Source of the DNA: a bacterium
GTDB lineage: Bacteria; Zhuqueibacterota; Zhuqueibacteria; Oceanimicrobiales; Oceanimicrobiaceae
Assembly: GCA_046757025.1 (NCBI GenBank)
Contig: JBHHXN010000034.1
Coordinates: forward strand, 1-37,380
Reading direction: 5' to 3'
DNA length: 37,380 nt
The position numbers and the translations under genes were made by a program. Shown in pieces: positions 35,989-37,380 of this stretch. Numbering within the stretch: position 1 is the stretch's first letter; the number at the start of each line of letters is the position of its first letter. Under the pieces are notes generated by a model, which saw only the letters and a list, made by a program, of their open reading frames with translations, was not told the DNA's origin and searched no databases.

Positions 35989-37179
35989 GTGCGAAACGGT
36001 AGAGAGGTATTTTTAGCAGCGCCGGCCAGAACGCCCATTGGCAAATTTGGCGGTAGTTTGAGCTCCTTCACCGCGCCAGAGCTGGGAACTTTTGCAGCGA
36101 AGGCAGCCATCCACAGAGCTGGCATCGAAACTGACCAGATCGACGAGGTCATTTTTGGGCATGCACGCCAGGCCGGTACCGGACCCAATCCGGCGCGCCA
36201 GATAGCACACAACAGCGGCTGCCCGCATGCCGTGCCGGCTTATACCATCAATAAAGCCTGTGCCTCCGGCATGAAAGCCATCGTCAGCGCCTACCAGGCC
36301 ATAGTACTGGAAGACGCGGAGTTGATTTTAGCCGGCGGAACCGAAAGCATGAGCAACACGCCGTATTTTCTTCCGCGCGCTCGGTGGGGTTATCGATTGG
36401 GGCACGCCGAACTGGTGGACGGCATGTATCGCGATGGATTTATGTGTCCGTTGTGCGCAGAAGTCATGGGCAGCACTGCAGAAAATTTAGCGGAAAAGTA
36501 CGGCATCACCCGAAAAGAAGCCGATGAATATGCACTCACCTCCCAACAAAAATACGAGCAGGCTAATTCCAGCCAGCGCTTTGAGGATGAAATCGCGGTC
36601 ATCGAATATCAGGACCGAAAAGGCCATTCGCTGAAAATCGCTTCCGATGAACACCCCCGACCGCAAACCACTCTGGAAGGCATGGCTAAACTTAAGCCCG
36701 TGTTTCGCGAAAACGGCACCGTGCATGCCGGCAATGCTTCGGGCATCACCGACGGCGCAGCGGCCGTAATGGTGATTTCCAAAGAAAAAGCGCACGAGCT
36801 CAACATTCAACCTCTTTCGCAAATCGTCGACTATTCCGTGGCCGGAGTCGATCCCGCGATCATGGGCATTGGCCCGGTGCCTTCTATTCAAAAGTTGCTC
36901 AAGCGCAACCGATTGAATTTGAAAGATATCGACTTAATCGAGCTCAACGAAGCGTTTGCCGTGCAAGTGTTAGCCTGTCATCGCGAATTGAATTTTGACA
37001 TGGAAAAGGTCAATGTCAATGGCGGGGCCATCGCTCTCGGACATCCCATCGGATGCACGGGTACAAGAATTGTGGTCACGCTATTGCATGAGATGGTGAA
37101 AAGAGGAGCGAATTTAGGGTTGGCTACGCTGTGTGTCAGCGGCGGAATGGGGATGTCATTATTGCTCAAAAGAGTTTAA
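35989..37179 (+). CDS. Acetyl-CoA C-acyltransferase (thiolase)
   Basis: RTPIGKFGG, INKACASG, ELNEAFA, NVNGGAIALGHPIG, LCVSGGMG. GTG start. Confidence 0.96.
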   Translation: MRNGREVFLAAPARTPIGKFGGSLSSFTAPELGTFAAKAAIHRAGIETDQIDEVIFGHARQAGTGPNPARQIAHNSGCPHAVPAYTINKACASGMKAIVSAYQAIVLEDAELILAGGTESMSNTPYFLPRARWGYRLGHAELVDGMYRDGFMCPLCAEVMGSTAENLAEKYGITRKEADEYALTSQQKYEQANSSQRFEDEIAVIEYQDRKGHSLKIASDEHPRPQTTLEGMAKLKPVFRENGTVHAGNASGITDGAAAVMVISKEKAHELNIQPLSQIVDYSVAGVDPAIMGIGPVPSIQKLLKRNRLNLKDIDLIELNEAFAVQVLACHRELNFDMEKVNVNGGAIALGHPIGCTGTRIVVTLLHEMVKRGANLGLATLCVSGGMGMSLLLKRV

Positions 37180-37380
37180 TTGTTAAACATTTTTGATAAA
37201 AGAACGTTCTCGAAAAATTTAACCAAAAATATTTGAAATGCCTAGCGCGGCGGAGCCGCAAATGTTTAAATGACTTGCTTTGTTGTGGTCCAAACCATGG
37301 TGCTATTATCAGCCGTCATTAAGCTTCGCTGTCATTGACAGAGGTGAATTATTGCTGCTGTCTAAAATGACGCCAAAGGC

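Noticed and set aside
37180..37380. Possible gene start or ncRNA at the right edge (GCGGCGGAGCCGC hairpin)
   Set aside because: Too little sequence. Only a short hairpin is visible and no ORF can be supported.

Overview
Bacterial chromosomal window of moderate GC. An FCB-related lineage such as KSB1 or Calditrichota is plausible from gene content, but this is inference only. On the minus strand at the left are the 5' end of a probable PLD-domain/SNF2-type helicase gene, which runs off the window edge and is absent from the ORF track, and a 1605-aa fusion protein. The fusion reads as long-chain acyl-CoA synthetase + helical region + kinase-fold (probably pseudokinase) domain + C-terminal GNAT, and is bracketed by two related inverted-repeat elements. 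The rest is on the plus strand and is mostly housekeeping: trxB, nfo, a B12/radical-SAM (TIGR03960-type) fusion, a GGCT-like gene, a beta-barrel protein, mtaB, miaB, a glutaryl-CoA dehydrogenase-like gene, two poorly characterised genes, a 4-Cys hypothetical upstream of RNase Y, ccmE (CxxxY type) and ccmF, a complete Rrf2-regulated SUF operon, an aquaporin, and a CoA-dependent catabolic cluster (two crotonases, two paralogous ALDHs, a thiolase). Many intergenic regions hold small elements built as an outer terminal inverted repeat enclosing REP-like palindromes. One contains a decayed GIY-YIG nuclease gene, and an internally deleted copy of it lies about 2.3 kb downstream. I saw no rRNA, tRNA or CRISPR array. 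Family assignments come from motif recognition; no database search was run.
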